Of a DNA stretch of 64,000 nt, positions 61,701 through 64,000 are shown piece after piece. The notes under the pieces were generated by a model that was not told the DNA's origin, did not search any database, and was given only the letters and a program-made list of their open reading frames with translations. The stretch lies in the NCBI GenBank assembly GCA_043228905.1, contig JBHGNT010000015.1, forward strand, positions 9,300,001 through 9,364,000, written 5' to 3'. Position numbers and translations under genes: made by a program. Each line of letters opens with the position of its first letter. Within the stretch, counting starts at the first letter, position 1. Source of the DNA: Azolla caroliniana (lineage: Eukaryota > Plantae > Polypodiophyta).

Positions 61701-64000
61701 CGATGCGTGGGGGTTTTTCTCTCTGCATCTTGGCGCCTTTTTCGAGCCTCCGCATGTGCAGGTTGTGTACTATAATAGCATTGTGTGCCATGTGGCGGTG
61801 GTTTAATGTCCTATTCATAGCCCCTCGTACCTTTTCAACGTGCCTCTTTACTCCTCGTTTGCATGGTCGTTTCCACCACTCCTTTCCATGATTTATTTCA
61901 TTCGCTCCTTTTTTCTCCGGTCCTGTCGGACCCTTACCCAAAATGCGCACCTTGCCAGCCTCTTCACGGTTTGCCGTCGCTTTGCTCTCCTCGGTTGCCG
62001 TTGTGGTTGGCCTGCCGGCGTCCAATTCGGCGTCGGCCCTTTGTTCAAATGGGTTCTTTGGCATAGGTCCTTTGTATGGCTTTAGTCTAAATCCGTTGAC
62101 CCATTTACCCAGCACCTTGCCGGCGAGTGTTCCTAACTGTTAACACCCATTGAACCCGCGTGTGATCCAGTACGGTCTGGTCCATCTAAACCGTAGTTTG
62201 CTTGGCATTTTACCCATCCGGGTCTGGAACACTAGTATCAGCTTGCCGGTTTCGAACATCTTTTCGTTTCCCTTCCGGTGACGATCTACAAACACTTTCC
62301 GTCTCCGTTGTTCCAATTCCAGGTGCATAATGCTCGTCAGTTGGTGTTCTTCCAGTTCACACAGAGCCTTTAACCGAATTGCCTCCAATTCCTTTTCATT
62401 GAGTTGTTCCCAAATCTAAATCCGTAAGCTCGGTACCTGGAATTCGACCGGCATGACTGCCTCTAATCTGAATGCTAACCGGAATGGCGTTGTTTGGATG
62501 CTTGTTTTGTACGTTGTCCTGTAAGCCCAGAGCGCACTGTGCAACTTCATGTCCCGATCTGTCTGATTCTCATTGACGATCTTGCGCAGTATATTCTGTA
62601 GCGTTTTGTTTGTTGACTCAGCTAATCCGTTGGCTTGTGGGTAGTACGGGGTGCTCCGTTTATGTACTACCGCATAGAATGACGTCAAGGTCTCCACTAC
62701 CTATCCAAGAAAGTGCCCTCCTTGGTCGCTTATCAGCTCTATGGGGCATCCGTACCAGCACCAAATGCATTCGTATAAGATTTTTGCCGTTGACGCCGCG
62801 GTGTTATCTCGTAAGGCTTTGGCTTCCACCCATTTAGTGCAATAGTCCGTCGCGACGATCACATACCGGTTGCCCGTTCTCATTGCCGATGGTTTAAATG
62901 GTCCGACAAAATCTAGTCCCCATTTCTGAAATGGTTCGAGCGGTAGTACGGGCTGGTGCGGCATCCTAGCTTGTTCCGTTGGCTGGCCCATTTGCTGGCA
63001 TAGATCACACTCTTTTGCGTACCGGACTACGTCTTTCAATGTAGTCGGCCACCATAGGCCACTTTGCCATATCTTCCTTGCCGTAGCATCCCAGCATAAT
63101 GGCCTCCGGCAACTCCGTAGTGTGCTTCCCGTAGTATTACCTCTTTCTCGTCGTTCCACACCGCTCGTCACCATATACCGTCCGCACCTTTGTGGTATAG
63201 CGTGTCCTGTAATAAACAGAAGTGTCGGCTTTGTATTGCCAGGCGCTTCCTCTCGTCCCGGTTCATCTCCTCCGGAGGCAATCCCGTGCTCAGAAATTGG
63301 TGCATATTTGTTAGCCACTTATCTTCTGGTGCCACCGTTTCATTTGTTGCCGTTTCTGCGGTGACTCGAAATAGGTAGCATTCGGAAACTCGTCCGGTAC
63401 TCCATCGCCGGTTTCGTCAGAATCTAACCGGCTTAAATAATCTGCTACCACATGCTGTATGTCGGGTCGGTGGAATATCTCGAATTCGAATTCCTGTAAT
63501 AGCAAAGTCCACCAGGCCAACTTACCGGTAAGTGACGCTTTGGACACTAGGTAGAGGAGTGTCGAGTGATCTACATGGAAGGAAAACTTTCTTCCCAATA
63601 AATAATGCCTGTATTTTGTTACACTGGAGATCATTCCTAAAGCTTCCCTTTCCGTGGTAGAATAATTTCATTCCGCTTGGGATAGCTTCCGGCTGGCATA
63701 GTACACTGGCCGGTACCACCTTGGCTCGGTAAGCTGCATGAGCGTGCTGCCGATTGCGATGTCAGAGGCATCCACGAACACATGAAACTCTTTACTCCAA
63801 TCTGGAGGCTGCACTACCGGTGCTTGTGACGATAATACCTTTAGTGCCCGGTACGCCTTGTCTTCGATGTCTATCCATTGGAACGGTGTTCGATGTACTG
63901 CCGCATGCAGAGGTGTAGCCAAGTCCGCCAAATATCGGAGCATATGGCTATGCCAACGAATTTGTCCTAAGAAACGGCTCAATGCCTTTGTCGTTGCCGG
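58741..64000 (-). mobile_element. Second, diverged Athila-like element (3' LTR 58741-59203, extra ORF, integrase, RNase H; runs off the window)
   Basis: LTR TGTTAATCC...GGTAACA is similar to 44698-45132. ORFs are homologous to copy 1. Confidence 0.93.

Overview
This window is almost entirely nested, decayed transposable-element DNA from a plant genome. The element lineages suggest a non-seed land plant (inference). I found no intact host gene. Two Ty1/copia families (called A and B here, both tRNA-iMet primed) form the scaffold. Inserted into them are: (i) a fungal-like non-chromoviral Ty3/gypsy family with TGTCGT..ACGACA LTRs and 4-bp CG-centred target duplications; (ii) a full-length Tcn1-like chromovirus (27570-33375) with a self-priming PBS, heat-shock elements and a -1 frameshift signal; (iii) two Athila-like gypsy elements (44698-54513, 58741-end) carrying an extra ORF; (iv) several solo LTRs; (v) a degenerate Sola-like DDD transposase gene (about 11.9-14.75 kb). 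The most unusual signal is in the Athila-like family. It has no polypurine tract. Where the PPT should be, it carries a conserved tRNA-Arg 3'-end sequence, which gives two inward-facing tRNA primer-binding sites. Coordinates were read by eye, and tRNA identities and lineage names come from memory, so both need database confirmation.
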